DNA from: Nitrospirota bacterium
GTDB lineage: Bacteria > Nitrospirota > Nitrospiria > 2-01-FULL-66-17
Length of the DNA stretch: 64,000 nt
Direction of reading: 5' to 3'
Assembly (NCBI GenBank): GCA_040757335.1
Contig: JBFLXB010000003.1
Location: forward strand, 53,899-117,898
In this document: positions 1 to 8,631 of the stretch, one piece after another
Position numbering within the stretch: the stretch's first letter is position 1
Layout of the letters: every line of letters begins with the position of its first letter
Position numbers and translations under genes: made by a program
The notes under the pieces: model-generated
Seen by the model: the letters and a program-made list of their open reading frames with translations, nothing else
Database searches by the model: none
Told to the model about the DNA's origin: nothing

Positions 1-1
1 G

Positions 2-343
2 AAGGTCGTCGGCTATCATGACAGTTGGCCGTATTTCACGAAACGGTTCGGGCTCACCACCGTCGGATTCGTTGAACCCAAGCCCGGAGTTCCTCCGCCG
101 CCCAGTCACGTGTCGGAGTTGGCGGACCTCATCAAACGGGAGCAGGTACCGGTGATCCTCATGGAACCGTATCACGAACGGAGTATCCCGGATCTGTTGG
201 CCCGTCAGACGGGAATCAAGGTCTTGGTATTGGCTCCGACGGTCGGGGGAACTCCGGGAACGGAGAGCTACGTCGCGCTGTTCGACACGGATGTGGCGCG
301 CGTGGCGGAGGCGCTGGGCGCGGCGAGGCCCGTGGCTCGATAG
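2..343 (+). CDS. metal ABC transporter substrate-binding protein, C-terminal fragment (ZnuA/TroA family); 5' end lies outside the window
   Basis: Frame-2 ORF reads KVVGYHDSWPYFTKRFGL...VLVLAPTVGGTPGTESY. Typical ZnuA C-terminus and paralogous to the C-terminus of the ZnuA at 15684-16613. Stop codon at 341-343. Confidence 0.6.
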   Translation, partial: KVVGYHDSWPYFTKRFGLTTVGFVEPKPGVPPPPSHVSELADLIKREQVPVILMEPYHERSIPDLLARQTGIKVLVLAPTVGGTPGTESYVALFDTDVARVAEALGAARPVAR

Positions 344-347
344 CGGC

Positions 348-1109
348 ATGTTTGGACTCCCATTCATGCAGCAGGCGGCTTTGGCCTGCGTATTGTTGGC
401 GTTTGTGCTCGCGCCGCTGGGGACCGAGGTCATCCGCCGACGAATCGTGTTCGTGGATCTCGCGCTGGCCCAAATTGCGGCGCTCGGCGCGGCCATCGGC
501 ACCGCAGTGGACTGGGACCCGATCGCGACGTCGGTGGTTTTTACGTTGATCGGGGCCGCGCTCCTCTCTGTTCCGGCGGCAAGTACTCGTCTGCCCCAGG
601 AAGCGGTGATGGGCATGGTCTATGCGGTGGCGTCCGCGGCCGCCGTGTTGGTGGTCGCGAAGACCCCGCACGGCGATGCCGACTTCCTGCACCTGATGTT
701 CGGCAACATCCTGGCCGTGACCGACCGTCAAATCGCGGTGTTGGCGGGCCTGGCGATCGGTGTCGGGGGTTGGCGTGCGCTGACTCGACGCGCGGACCCG
801 ACCACGATCAGCCGCAGCGCCACGTTCGTCTTCTATCTGTTGCTCGGGGGGTCGATTGCGGCCGCGATCCGCAGCGCTGGCGTGTTGCTGGTCTTTACCT
901 ACCTGGTCGCGCCCGCGCTGGCGGTCAGGCTGCTGGCCATCGAGCGTGGGGCCGCGGCCCTGGCGGTCATCAGCGCGGCTACGTGCGGAGTCCTGGGGCT
1001 GTGGGCATCGTACCGCTGGGACCTGCCGTCAGGCTCCTCCGTCGTCGCCACGTTTGGAGTTTGGTTGGCGGTGACAGCTCTCGGAGCCACGGTATGGCGG
1101 CGCGCTTAA
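348..1109 (+). CDS. metal (Zn/Mn) ABC transporter permease, ZnuB/MntB family
   Basis: ORF 291-1109 with an internal ATG at 348, 4 nt after the upstream stop. Multi-TM protein paralogous to the ZnuB at 14061-14906. Confidence 0.7.
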   Translation: MFGLPFMQQAALACVLLAFVLAPLGTEVIRRRIVFVDLALAQIAALGAAIGTAVDWDPIATSVVFTLIGAALLSVPAASTRLPQEAVMGMVYAVASAAAVLVVAKTPHGDADFLHLMFGNILAVTDRQIAVLAGLAIGVGGWRALTRRADPTTISRSATFVFYLLLGGSIAAAIRSAGVLLVFTYLVAPALAVRLLAIERGAAALAVISAATCGVLGLWASYRWDLPSGSSVVATFGVWLAVTALGATVWRRA

Positions 1110-1141
1110 GATACGAGGCCGGCTGCTCAAATGGCATGCGA

Positions 1142-2320
1142 TCACGATCCCAAGATCAGCCCTGTCAGCCCGCCTCCGGCCACGAGCCAGACTGAATTGA
1201 GGCGGAACCCGACGAGGAGAATCAGGGCCGCCACGGCGAGAATCACGGTCCCCGCATCGACCAGCGCGGCTCGGCCTAGCTGCCACGTCACCACGGCCAT
1301 GAGGGCGAGCGAGGCGACGATGACTCCGTCGAGCGCGGCTCCCGCGGCCGGAGATTTTCGGATCCGCGGAACGAGCGGTCCGCTGAGGGCCACGAACACG
1401 AACGCCGGCAGAAAGATGCCGACCGTGGCCACGACTGCACCCGGCCAACCGGCGACGACGTATCCGACGAATGTGGCCGTGGTGAAGACCGGCCCCGGTG
1501 TGACCTGGCCGACCGCCACCGCGTCGAGCAGTTGCGTTTCGGTCAGCCAGCCCAGACGCTCCACGAAGTCCGCGCGGAGAAAGGCGAGCAACACGTAGCC
1601 GCTGCCAAAGAGCACGGCGCCGATTTTCGCGAACGTGGCGAAGAGCGCGCCGAGGCTCGCCGCCGCGCCGCCGGCGACTGCGCCCGCGGCGATCGCGGGT
1701 GTGGAAACGGGGAGCGCACCGGCCGTGGCCGCGAGCGCGGAAGATCGCCACATTCCCCTTCCGGCAACAGGACGACGGACGACCAGCGCACCCGCGGCTC
1801 CCGCGGCCGCGAGCACGGCGAGCTCGTGCACACCCAGAGCGGCCGCGGTCATGGCCACGAGGCCCAGCGCGGCCAGACCATACGATTTCACTGCTGAGCG
1901 GCCGAGGCTCCACAGCGCCTGGATCACCACCGCGATGACCACGGGCTTGATCCCGTAGAGAATCGCGGAGACCTCGGGCAACGCGCCGAAGCGAACATAG
2001 GACCACGCGAGCGCGCCGACCATGAGCGCGGCCGGAAGGATGAACGCGGCGCCCGCCACCAACAGTCCCGGCCAACCGGCCCTGGCGTGCCCGATGTGGA
2101 TCGCCATCTCTGTGGAGTTGGGACCGGGGATCAGGTTCGTGGCGCCGAGGTAGTCGAGGAATTGCTCGCGCGTCAGCCACTGCCGGCGGCGGACGACTTC
2201 GTCCTCCATCATGGCAATGTGCGCAGCGGGACCGCCGAACGCGATCGTCCCGAGTCGGAGGAAGAGGGCGGCTAGCTCAGCGAGCGAGGTGCGCGATCCC
2301 TCGCTTGGGCGGGCGCTCAC
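1142..2320 (-). CDS. chrA: chromate ion transporter (CHR family)
   Basis: 392-aa polytopic membrane protein with the N-terminal CHR motifs LFLRLGTIAFGGPAAHIAMMEDEVV...LIPGPNSTEMAIHIG and a second homologous half. Confidence 0.75.
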   Translation of the reverse strand: MSARPSEGSRTSLAELAALFLRLGTIAFGGPAAHIAMMEDEVVRRRQWLTREQFLDYLGATNLIPGPNSTEMAIHIGHARAGWPGLLVAGAAFILPAALMVGALAWSYVRFGALPEVSAILYGIKPVVIAVVIQALWSLGRSAVKSYGLAALGLVAMTAAALGVHELAVLAAAGAAGALVVRRPVAGRGMWRSSALAATAGALPVSTPAIAAGAVAGGAAASLGALFATFAKIGAVLFGSGYVLLAFLRADFVERLGWLTETQLLDAVAVGQVTPGPVFTTATFVGYVVAGWPGAVVATVGIFLPAFVFVALSGPLVPRIRKSPAAGAALDGVIVASLALMAVVTWQLGRAALVDAGTVILAVAALILLVGFRLNSVWLVAGGGLTGLILGS

Positions 2321-2345
2321 GCGTCAGTGTGTCGGTGCGGAGGGC

Positions 2346-2816
2346 TTACGTTTCCAGCAGGCTGCGCAACATCCAGGCGGTCTTTTCGTGCAGTTGGATA
2401 CGCTGGGTCAGCAGATCGGCCGTGGCCTCGTCGCCGGCCTTTTCCGCGATCGGGAAAATCGACCGGGCGGTGCGGACCGCGGCTTCCTGGCCTTCCACCA
2501 GGACACGAATCATCTCTTCGGCCTTGGGCACGCCGGGAGTTTCCTTGATCGAACTCAGCCGTCCGAACTCCGCGTATGTGCCGGGAGCCGGAGAGCCCAA
2601 CGCACGAATCCGCTCCGCGATCAGGTCCACGGCGGTGGCGAGTTCCGTGTACTGTGTTTCGAACATCAGGTGGAGCGTCTGGAACATGGGGCCGGTCACG
2701 TTCCAATGGAAGTTGTGCGTCTTCAGATACAGCGTGTAGGTGTCGGCGAGGAGCTTGGACAGTCCGTTCGCGATCTCCGCGCGGTCCTGTTCTTTGATTC
2801 CGATGTCGATTTTCAT
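2346..2816 (-). CDS. dps: Dps family DNA-binding ferritin-like protein
   Basis: [45 protein letters not shown]... carries the classic Dps ferroxidase-site residues. The start ATG was chosen at the MKIDIG motif inside the longer ORF. Confidence 0.8.
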   Translation of the reverse strand: MKIDIGIKEQDRAEIANGLSKLLADTYTLYLKTHNFHWNVTGPMFQTLHLMFETQYTELATAVDLIAERIRALGSPAPGTYAEFGRLSSIKETPGVPKAEEMIRVLVEGQEAAVRTARSIFPIAEKAGDEATADLLTQRIQLHEKTAWMLRSLLET

Positions 2817-2921
2817 GGCGTGATCCCTTCCAGGTGTGAGTGATCCGACTATACGCCTTGAACCAACCGAAGACAATGCCCCAACCGGAGCGGCGCTCGA
2901 CGTTCGTTCGGACACGATATC

Positions 2922-3887
2922 CTAACTCGAAGTGTGGATCACCGCGACCTGATCCGTCCCGGACTCGGGCAACCACACCTCGCCCGGTCGGCCGAGGATC
3001 TGACGTACTCGCGCGTCGCGGGTCGGGAGATGGAACGTGCTGAACTGTTCCGTGGTTGGATCAAAGCGTATGATCACGTCGTTGCCGAAGTCCGACAGCC
3101 AGACCATGTCCTTGTCGTCCACGAACACGGCATAAGTCTGCGGGCCTTTGCCCGGCAGTTTCCACTCGCGCCACTGATTTGTCTTGGGATCGTAGACCGC
3201 CACTTGCCCTGCATTCCATTCGCTGACCCAGACGCGGTTTTTGGAATCCGCCCACACGCGCCGCGCTCCCCGCCCACGCGTGGGCGGGTCGATGACAGTG
3301 GCCTCACCGGTTGTCGTATCGATCTTCGCGATATGCGAACCGGCCAGCGACGCGTACCACACGCTGCCGTCCGGCGCAGTACAGATCCCATACGGTCCGC
3401 GCCCACGCGGTGCTTCGAACGCTTCAACCTTGCCGGTCTTGGGGGCCACGCGGCCGTAATACCCGCTCTGCCCCGTGAACCACAGCGTGCCGGCGCGATC
3501 GAACGTGGCGGTGTTGAGATTGACGTTTTGTTTGATCGGCAGGGGGTAGGTGGTGACCTTGTCGGTCTTCGGATCTACGCGCACGATCGCGTTCATGCCC
3601 GAATCTGTGATCCACGGCGCCCCATCAGGACCCACGATCACGCCGTGCGGCGCCGAATCCTCGCCAAGCGGAATGTGCCGGGTCTTGCCGGTCTTGGGAT
3701 CGAGATATCCCAACGCCCCCTGATGCTGGGCCGTGTACCACACGCCCCCGTCTGCTGCGGGCGCGACGTCGTGCGGGTGTGAGCCCTTGGGAACAGGGTA
3801 TTCCCGGATCGGTTGATCGTCTGCGCGTGACCCCGTAGTCGCGAGGACAAGCACCGCAGCGGCAACGATGCTCGTTCTGGTCTTCAT
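2922..3887 (-). CDS. secreted beta-propeller protein, Vgb (virginiamycin B lyase)-like repeat family
   Basis: N-terminal signal peptide MKTRTSIVAAAVLVLATTGSRA. Repeated PHDVAPAADGGVWYT / PHGVIVGPDGAPWIT / PYGICTAPDGSVWYA blades typical of streptogramin-lyase-like 7-bladed propellers. Confidence 0.5.
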   Translation of the reverse strand: MKTRTSIVAAAVLVLATTGSRADDQPIREYPVPKGSHPHDVAPAADGGVWYTAQHQGALGYLDPKTGKTRHIPLGEDSAPHGVIVGPDGAPWITDSGMNAIVRVDPKTDKVTTYPLPIKQNVNLNTATFDRAGTLWFTGQSGYYGRVAPKTGKVEAFEAPRGRGPYGICTAPDGSVWYASLAGSHIAKIDTTTGEATVIDPPTRGRGARRVWADSKNRVWVSEWNAGQVAVYDPKTNQWREWKLPGKGPQTYAVFVDDKDMVWLSDFGNDVIIRFDPTTEQFSTFHLPTRDARVRQILGRPGEVWLPESGTDQVAVIHTSS

Positions 3888-4021
3888 AGGCGACTTCCTC
3901 GGGAGGGGACGAGCTATTGTCTCGGAGCGCGAGGCGGTTTGTCCAGTGAAGGCAGCAGTCGAGGGCTACTTCGCCGCGCGATAGGGCAGGAGGGCTTATG
4001 ATCGTTCACCAAGCCGACACC

Positions 4022-4528
4022 TTACATGAACGCATACACGATGGTGGAGCCGACAAAGCTGAATCCGCGGGTTTGGAGATCTTTCGACAGCGCGTCCGAT
4101 TCGGGAGAACGATCCGGGCTCCGGCCGCCAGGGTGGCGCCGCCGAATCGGCCGCCCGCCGACAAAGTCCCACAAGTAGTTCGAAAACGTCTCGAATTCCC
4201 CTCGGACCGTGAGCACGGCCTTGGCATTGTTGATGGCGGCGTCGATCTTCTGGCGGTTGCGGATGATGCCTGCGTCCGCGAGCAGTCGATGTCGTTCCCG
4301 CGCGCCGTAGCGCGCCACCTGATCCGCCTGAAAGTTATGAAACGCCCGCCGAAAGTTCTCGCGCTTGTAAAGAATCGTCCGCCACGACAGCCCGGCCTGA
4401 AACCCGCTCAGCACCAACTGTTCGAACAACAGCCGATCATCCCGCACCGGCACGCCCCACTCATCGCGGCAGACGATGAACAACGGATCATCGGTCTCCC
4501 AGCATTGGCAGCGGCCCGTCCGTTCCAT
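4022..4528 (-). CDS. tag: DNA-3-methyladenine glycosylase I
   Basis: CRDEWGVPVRDDRLLFEQLVLSGFQAGLSWRTILYKRENFRRAFHNF matches the Tag family (Zn-binding Cys/His, HhH). Confidence 0.8.
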   Translation of the reverse strand: MERTGRCQCWETDDPLFIVCRDEWGVPVRDDRLLFEQLVLSGFQAGLSWRTILYKRENFRRAFHNFQADQVARYGARERHRLLADAGIIRNRQKIDAAINNAKAVLTVRGEFETFSNYLWDFVGGRPIRRRHPGGRSPDRSPESDALSKDLQTRGFSFVGSTIVYAFM

Positions 4529-4540
4529 GCCCGCCTCGTG

Positions 4541-5071
4541 TTACCGGAACCGCCCCTTCAGGAAACCCTCCACGAAGCGCTGGAAGAAGAACAGATCGGT
4601 CGAAGGAACGGAGGCACGGATCATGCGATTCATTGCGCGCCGGATCTGAAGCTTCGTGATTTTGAAGCGGCGGATCAGAAACCGCGCGTCTTGGATATCG
4701 GAATCGCGCATCACGCGGAGTTTGGACATGACCAGATCGAGCGGCGAGAGAATACGCACCGTGACCCGGCCGCGTCGCCTGATCGTTTTCGCGCGATTGC
4801 GGTAGCCCGGAGGGAGATCGATCATCCCCCAGTGGGACACATCCGCGCTCAGGTCGGCCGGGAACCCGAGCAATTTCCACAGGCGCGTGAGTTGAGGCCT
4901 GGTCAGCGACGAGACTTCGGCGTCGAGGTCGCGCGTCTGTCGTGATGACCCGTACCAGGCCATCGCAAGGCCGCCGAGGAGGATGACGCTGACCGGCCGC
5001 CGGCTGATCGACTCGACCGAGCGGATGAGGGCGTCAATTGCATCTTCCGCAGCCAGATACTCTCGCGCCAT
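4541..5071 (-). CDS. putative nucleotidyltransferase (AbiEii/DUF1814-like NTase motif)
   Basis: Starts at MAREYL inside the 248-aa ORF. Motif ILLGGLAMAWYGSSRQTRDLDAEV matches the minimal NTase-fold signature hG[GS]x9-13DhD. Confidence 0.35.
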   Translation of the reverse strand: MAREYLAAEDAIDALIRSVESISRRPVSVILLGGLAMAWYGSSRQTRDLDAEVSSLTRPQLTRLWKLLGFPADLSADVSHWGMIDLPPGYRNRAKTIRRRGRVTVRILSPLDLVMSKLRVMRDSDIQDARFLIRRFKITKLQIRRAMNRMIRASVPSTDLFFFQRFVEGFLKGRFR

Positions 5072-5403
5072 CGCTGCTCCTCTGATCGAGTGACCGTGAT
5101 CGCCGTGTCGTTGGCTCGCCCGGCGTACCACACGCGCAGGGGACGCCCGAGCCAGTAGCGTGTCGCCGTACGCCAGACGGAGGAAAGCCGCGAGGCCTTC
5201 TCGCCCTGTTGGTGCAGCGCGGCGGCGAGTCGGGCGGGGACGGCGAGTCGTTTCCAGGGGATTTCGTTCACAGCCAGGTACAGCCACACCAGGTTGCGGG
5301 TTCGCGGCCGTGTCAATGCCTGCGCAACGATCTCGGACCGGGAGCCATGAAAGACTCGTCCGGTATACACTGCAAAGATGTCAAGGTCGAGGGAAGCCTT
5401 CAT
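4903..5403 (-). CDS. hypothetical ORF overlapping the NTase gene out of frame; either a small partner protein (only 5403 to about 5075 would be real) or the frameshifted N-terminal part of a longer NTase
   Basis: 166-aa ORF on the same strand in a different frame, overlapping 4903-5071. No recognisable domain. Confidence 0.2.
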   Translation of the reverse strand: MKASLDLDIFAVYTGRVFHGSRSEIVAQALTRPRTRNLVWLYLAVNEIPWKRLAVPARLAAALHQQGEKASRLSSVWRTATRYWLGRPLRVWYAGRANDTAITVTRSEEQRWRESIWLRKMQLTPSSARSSRSAGGRSASSSSAALRWPGTGHHDRRATSTPKSRR

Positions 5404-5473
5404 ACCGCGCAGTATATGACACTTCTTAGATACCCGACAAGCCGGGCGATCGCCCTTACTCAGCCCCGATCGC

Positions 5474-8400
5474 CTAGGCGCGCGCTTCTTCGGAATGGGA
5501 GAGCGTTGAGACGGGTCTGGTGGAAGGCTGTGCGGCGTAGTCGCGGCCCAAGTACAGGTAGACGGCGGGCACGACGAACAGCGTGAATGCGGTCCCGATG
5601 GTCATGCCGGTCGCGATGACCAGGCCGATGGAAAAACGAGCGGCGGCGCCCGGGCCGGTCGCGATCAGCAGCGGGACCACCGCGAGGACCAGGGCCGCGG
5701 TGGTCATGAGCACCGGGCGCAAGCGGATGGCGGCGGCTTCTTCGATCGCTTCCCGTTTGGTTCGGCCTTGTTCCTGCAGTCGGTTGGCGAATTCCACGAT
5801 CAAGATGCCGTGTTTGCTGATCACGCCGATGAGCGTGACGAGGCCGACTTGGGTGTAGATGTTGATGGTGGTCAGTCCCAGGCTCACGAAGATCAATGCC
5901 CCGCAGATGGACATGGGCACCGTGACCAGCATAACCACGGGGTCTCGGAAGCTCTCGAACTGCGCCGCGAGTACGAGGTAGATGATAATCAGCGCGAAGA
6001 AGAACGTCAGCACCAAGGCCGCGCCCTCGGTCTTGAACTGACGCGACTGGCCCGCGTAGTCCACGGTGTAGCCCGGCGGCAGAACCTCCTTGGCCGCCTG
6101 TTCGAGCACGCCCAGCGCCTGGCCCAACGTCACGCCCGGTCGCGGTACGCCGGAGATCACCACGGCGTTGAGCTGCTGGAAGCGTTTGAGCTGTTGCGGT
6201 TCCACGGATTCGCGCAAAGTCACCAGCGTGGAGAGCGGCACCAGCTTGCCGGACCCGGTCCGCGTGTAGTACTCCGTGAGCTGGTCGGCGTTCAAACGAT
6301 CCGTGCGCTGGACCTGCGGAATGACCTTGTAGCTCCGGCTCTCCATCGAGAACCGATTGACGTACCCGCCCGACATCATGGCGGCCAGATCGCTCCCCAG
6401 TTGGCGCATATCGATCCCGAGCAGCGCGGCCTTGTCGCGATCCACCTCGATGTTGATGCGCGGTTTGTCGATCTTGAGGTCCGTGTCCAAGAAGATGAAC
6501 TTGCGGCTCTCGAACCCTCGTTGGAGAATGCCCCCGGCCACTTCGTTGAGCACCTGGACCGGCTGCGTGCTGGCGACCACGAACTCGACCGGAAACCCCG
6601 CGCCGCCCGTGGGCAGGGGCGGCGGGGCGAACACGGCATTCTGTAGCCCTGCGATCTGTCCCGCTTTCTGCTGCACGTCCTGGATGACGGGCTGGGTCTT
6701 CCGTTCGCGTTCGTCCCATGGTTTCATGACGATACCGGAGATCGCGGTGTTGGTCCCCACCGCTGATCCGCTCCCGCCCACGCCGTTCATCAAAAAGTAG
6801 TTCTCTTTCTCCGGAATGTTGTTCGCGATCGCGGTCAACTCGTTGGTGAACCGCGTGAGGTAATCGAGCGAGGAGTACGGATCGCTCTGCGAAAAGATCA
6901 ACATGAAGCCCTGATCCTCTTCCGGTGCCAGCTCCCGCGGCGAGGTCAGGTACAGGAAGTACGTGCTCGTCAGCACGATCACGCCGAACGCGGCGATGAC
7001 CTGTTTGTCGTTGAGCGCGCCGTGCAGGCGGCGCTGATACCCGTGTCGCAGTCGATCGAATTGCCGATCCAACCACTTCTCCAGGCGGCGCCCGCTGCTT
7101 TGGTCGCGCGAACGCAAGAGTCTGCTGCACATCATGGGCGAAAGCGTGAGCGCGATGACCCCGGAGAGCAGCACGGCGCCCGCCAGCGCAAACGCGAACT
7201 CCACGAACAACGTCCCGGTCATGCCGCCGATGAAGCCGATCGGCAGGTACACCGCGACCAGCGTGATGGTCATGGCGATCACGGGCAGGCCCAACTCGCG
7301 CGCGCCCTTGATGGCGGCGTCGAACGGCCTCATGCCGGCCTCGATGTGGCGATGGATGTTCTCCAGCACGATGATGGCGTCGTCCACCACCATGCCGATG
7401 GCCAGCACCATCGCCAACAACGTGAGCAGGTTGATGGAAAAGCCCATCACCCACATCAGGAACAATGCGCCGATGATGGACAACGGCACCGTGACCGCGG
7501 GAATGATCACGGATCGCAGCGAGCCCAGGAATAGAAAGATCACCACGATCACGATAATGACCGCTTCGGCGAGCGTGATGACGACCTCGTTGATGGCGTT
7601 GCGGATGTAGCGCGTGCTGTCGTACGGGATGTTGGCTTGCAGGCCCTGCGGCAACTGCGCCAAGATGTCCGGCCACTCTTGGCGAACCCGAGCGACCACG
7701 TCCAGGGAGTTGGCGTCGGGAGCCACTTCGACCCCGATAAACGTTGCGCTTTGCCCGTTGAACGACACCTCGGTGCTGTATGTCTCGGCGCCCAATACCA
7801 CATCGGCCACGTCGCCGAGGCGCACGATCGCGTCACCCTCGGAGCGGATCACTAGATGACGAAATTCTTCCGCGGTCTGAAGGTCGGTGTCCGCTTTGAG
7901 GTCGACCGAGACCAACGCGCCCTTGGTGGCGCCCACCGCGGCCTGGACGTTGTTGGCTTGAAGCGCGGCCTGGACGTCGCTTGCGGTGAGGTTGAGCGCC
8001 GCCAGACGTTCCGGCTTGAGCCAGACGCGCATGGCAAAGGTCCGATCGCCGATGATGAGCGCGCGCTGCACGCCCGGCAACGTCGACAACCGGGGCTGGA
8101 TCACGCGCACCAGGTAATCCGTGATCTGATTGTTGTCGAGGATGTCGCTGTAGAAGCTCATGTACATCGCGGCGATCGTCTCACCCACCGACAGCTCGAC
8201 CACCGGGTCCTCGCTGCCCTCGGGCAGGTCGCGGCGGACCTTGTTGACTTTGGCGGCGATTTGGGTCAGCGCTTCGTTCGGATCGTAGTCCAGGCGAAGA
8301 TAGGCCTGGATCGAGCTCACGCCCGGGAGACTCGTGGACTGGATGTAGTCGATGCCTTGTGCACTCGCGATTTCCCGCTCGAGCGGCGTGGTGATGAACC

Positions 8401-8581
8401 CCTGGATCAACTCCGCGTCCGCCCCGACAAAGGTCGTTGCGACCGTGACCACCGCGTTTTTCATTTCGGGGTACTGGCGGACGTTCAACTCGGTCCAGGC
8501 GCGCAGGCCGAGCAATAGGATCATGAGGCTCACCACCGCGGCCAGTACGGGTCGCCGAATGAAGATGTCCGTGAAGTTCAT
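5474..8581 (-). CDS. RND efflux transporter permease (AcrB/HAE1 family)
   Basis: 1035 aa with 12 TM segments and two large periplasmic loops. N-terminus MNFTDIFIRRPVLAAVVSLMILLLG is the canonical AcrB start. Confidence 0.9.
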   Translation of the reverse strand: MNFTDIFIRRPVLAAVVSLMILLLGLRAWTELNVRQYPEMKNAVVTVATTFVGADAELIQGFITTPLEREIASAQGIDYIQSTSLPGVSSIQAYLRLDYDPNEALTQIAAKVNKVRRDLPEGSEDPVVELSVGETIAAMYMSFYSDILDNNQITDYLVRVIQPRLSTLPGVQRALIIGDRTFAMRVWLKPERLAALNLTASDVQAALQANNVQAAVGATKGALVSVDLKADTDLQTAEEFRHLVIRSEGDAIVRLGDVADVVLGAETYSTEVSFNGQSATFIGVEVAPDANSLDVVARVRQEWPDILAQLPQGLQANIPYDSTRYIRNAINEVVITLAEAVIIVIVVIFLFLGSLRSVIIPAVTVPLSIIGALFLMWVMGFSINLLTLLAMVLAIGMVVDDAIIVLENIHRHIEAGMRPFDAAIKGARELGLPVIAMTITLVAVYLPIGFIGGMTGTLFVEFAFALAGAVLLSGVIALTLSPMMCSRLLRSRDQSSGRRLEKWLDRQFDRLRHGYQRRLHGALNDKQVIAAFGVIVLTSTYFLYLTSPRELAPEEDQGFMLIFSQSDPYSSLDYLTRFTNELTAIANNIPEKENYFLMNGVGGSGSAVGTNTAISGIVMKPWDERERKTQPVIQDVQQKAGQIAGLQNAVFAPPPLPTGGAGFPVEFVVASTQPVQVLNEVAGGILQRGFESRKFIFLDTDLKIDKPRINIEVDRDKAALLGIDMRQLGSDLAAMMSGGYVNRFSMESRSYKVIPQVQRTDRLNADQLTEYYTRTGSGKLVPLSTLVTLRESVEPQQLKRFQQLNAVVISGVPRPGVTLGQALGVLEQAAKEVLPPGYTVDYAGQSRQFKTEGAALVLTFFFALIIIYLVLAAQFESFRDPVVMLVTVPMSICGALIFVSLGLTTINIYTQVGLVTLIGVISKHGILIVEFANRLQEQGRTKREAIEEAAAIRLRPVLMTTAALVLAVVPLLIATGPGAAARFSIGLVIATGMTIGTAFTLFVVPAVYLYLGRDYAAQPSTRPVSTLSHSEEARA

Positions 8582-8631
8582 CGTATGTCTTGAAGGCCTT
8601 TGAGCTGGGAGAGCCTGTTCAAGGACAGGCT

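Noticed and set aside
291-347. Upstream extension of the ZnuB-like ORF (MWRAWRRRWARRGPWLDSG)
   Set aside because: It overlaps the ZnuA stop region and is Arg/Trp-rich. The internal ATG at 348 gives a typical permease N-terminus.
3998-4945. 315-aa plus-strand ORF
   Set aside because: It is antisense to tag and the NTase gene, with no domain similarity and biased composition.
5460-7676. 738-aa ORF antisense to the RND permease. Many similar long ORFs lie opposite real genes (216-731, 1029-2180, 11638-13929, 23894-25366, 36318-37772, 42433-44421, 46822-47883, 50378-51601, 52033-52881, 54556-55404, 57224-59004)
   Set aside because: They are Arg/Gly/Pro/His-rich low-complexity translations typical of shadow ORFs in 65% GC DNA. 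Each fully overlaps a well-supported gene on the other strand.
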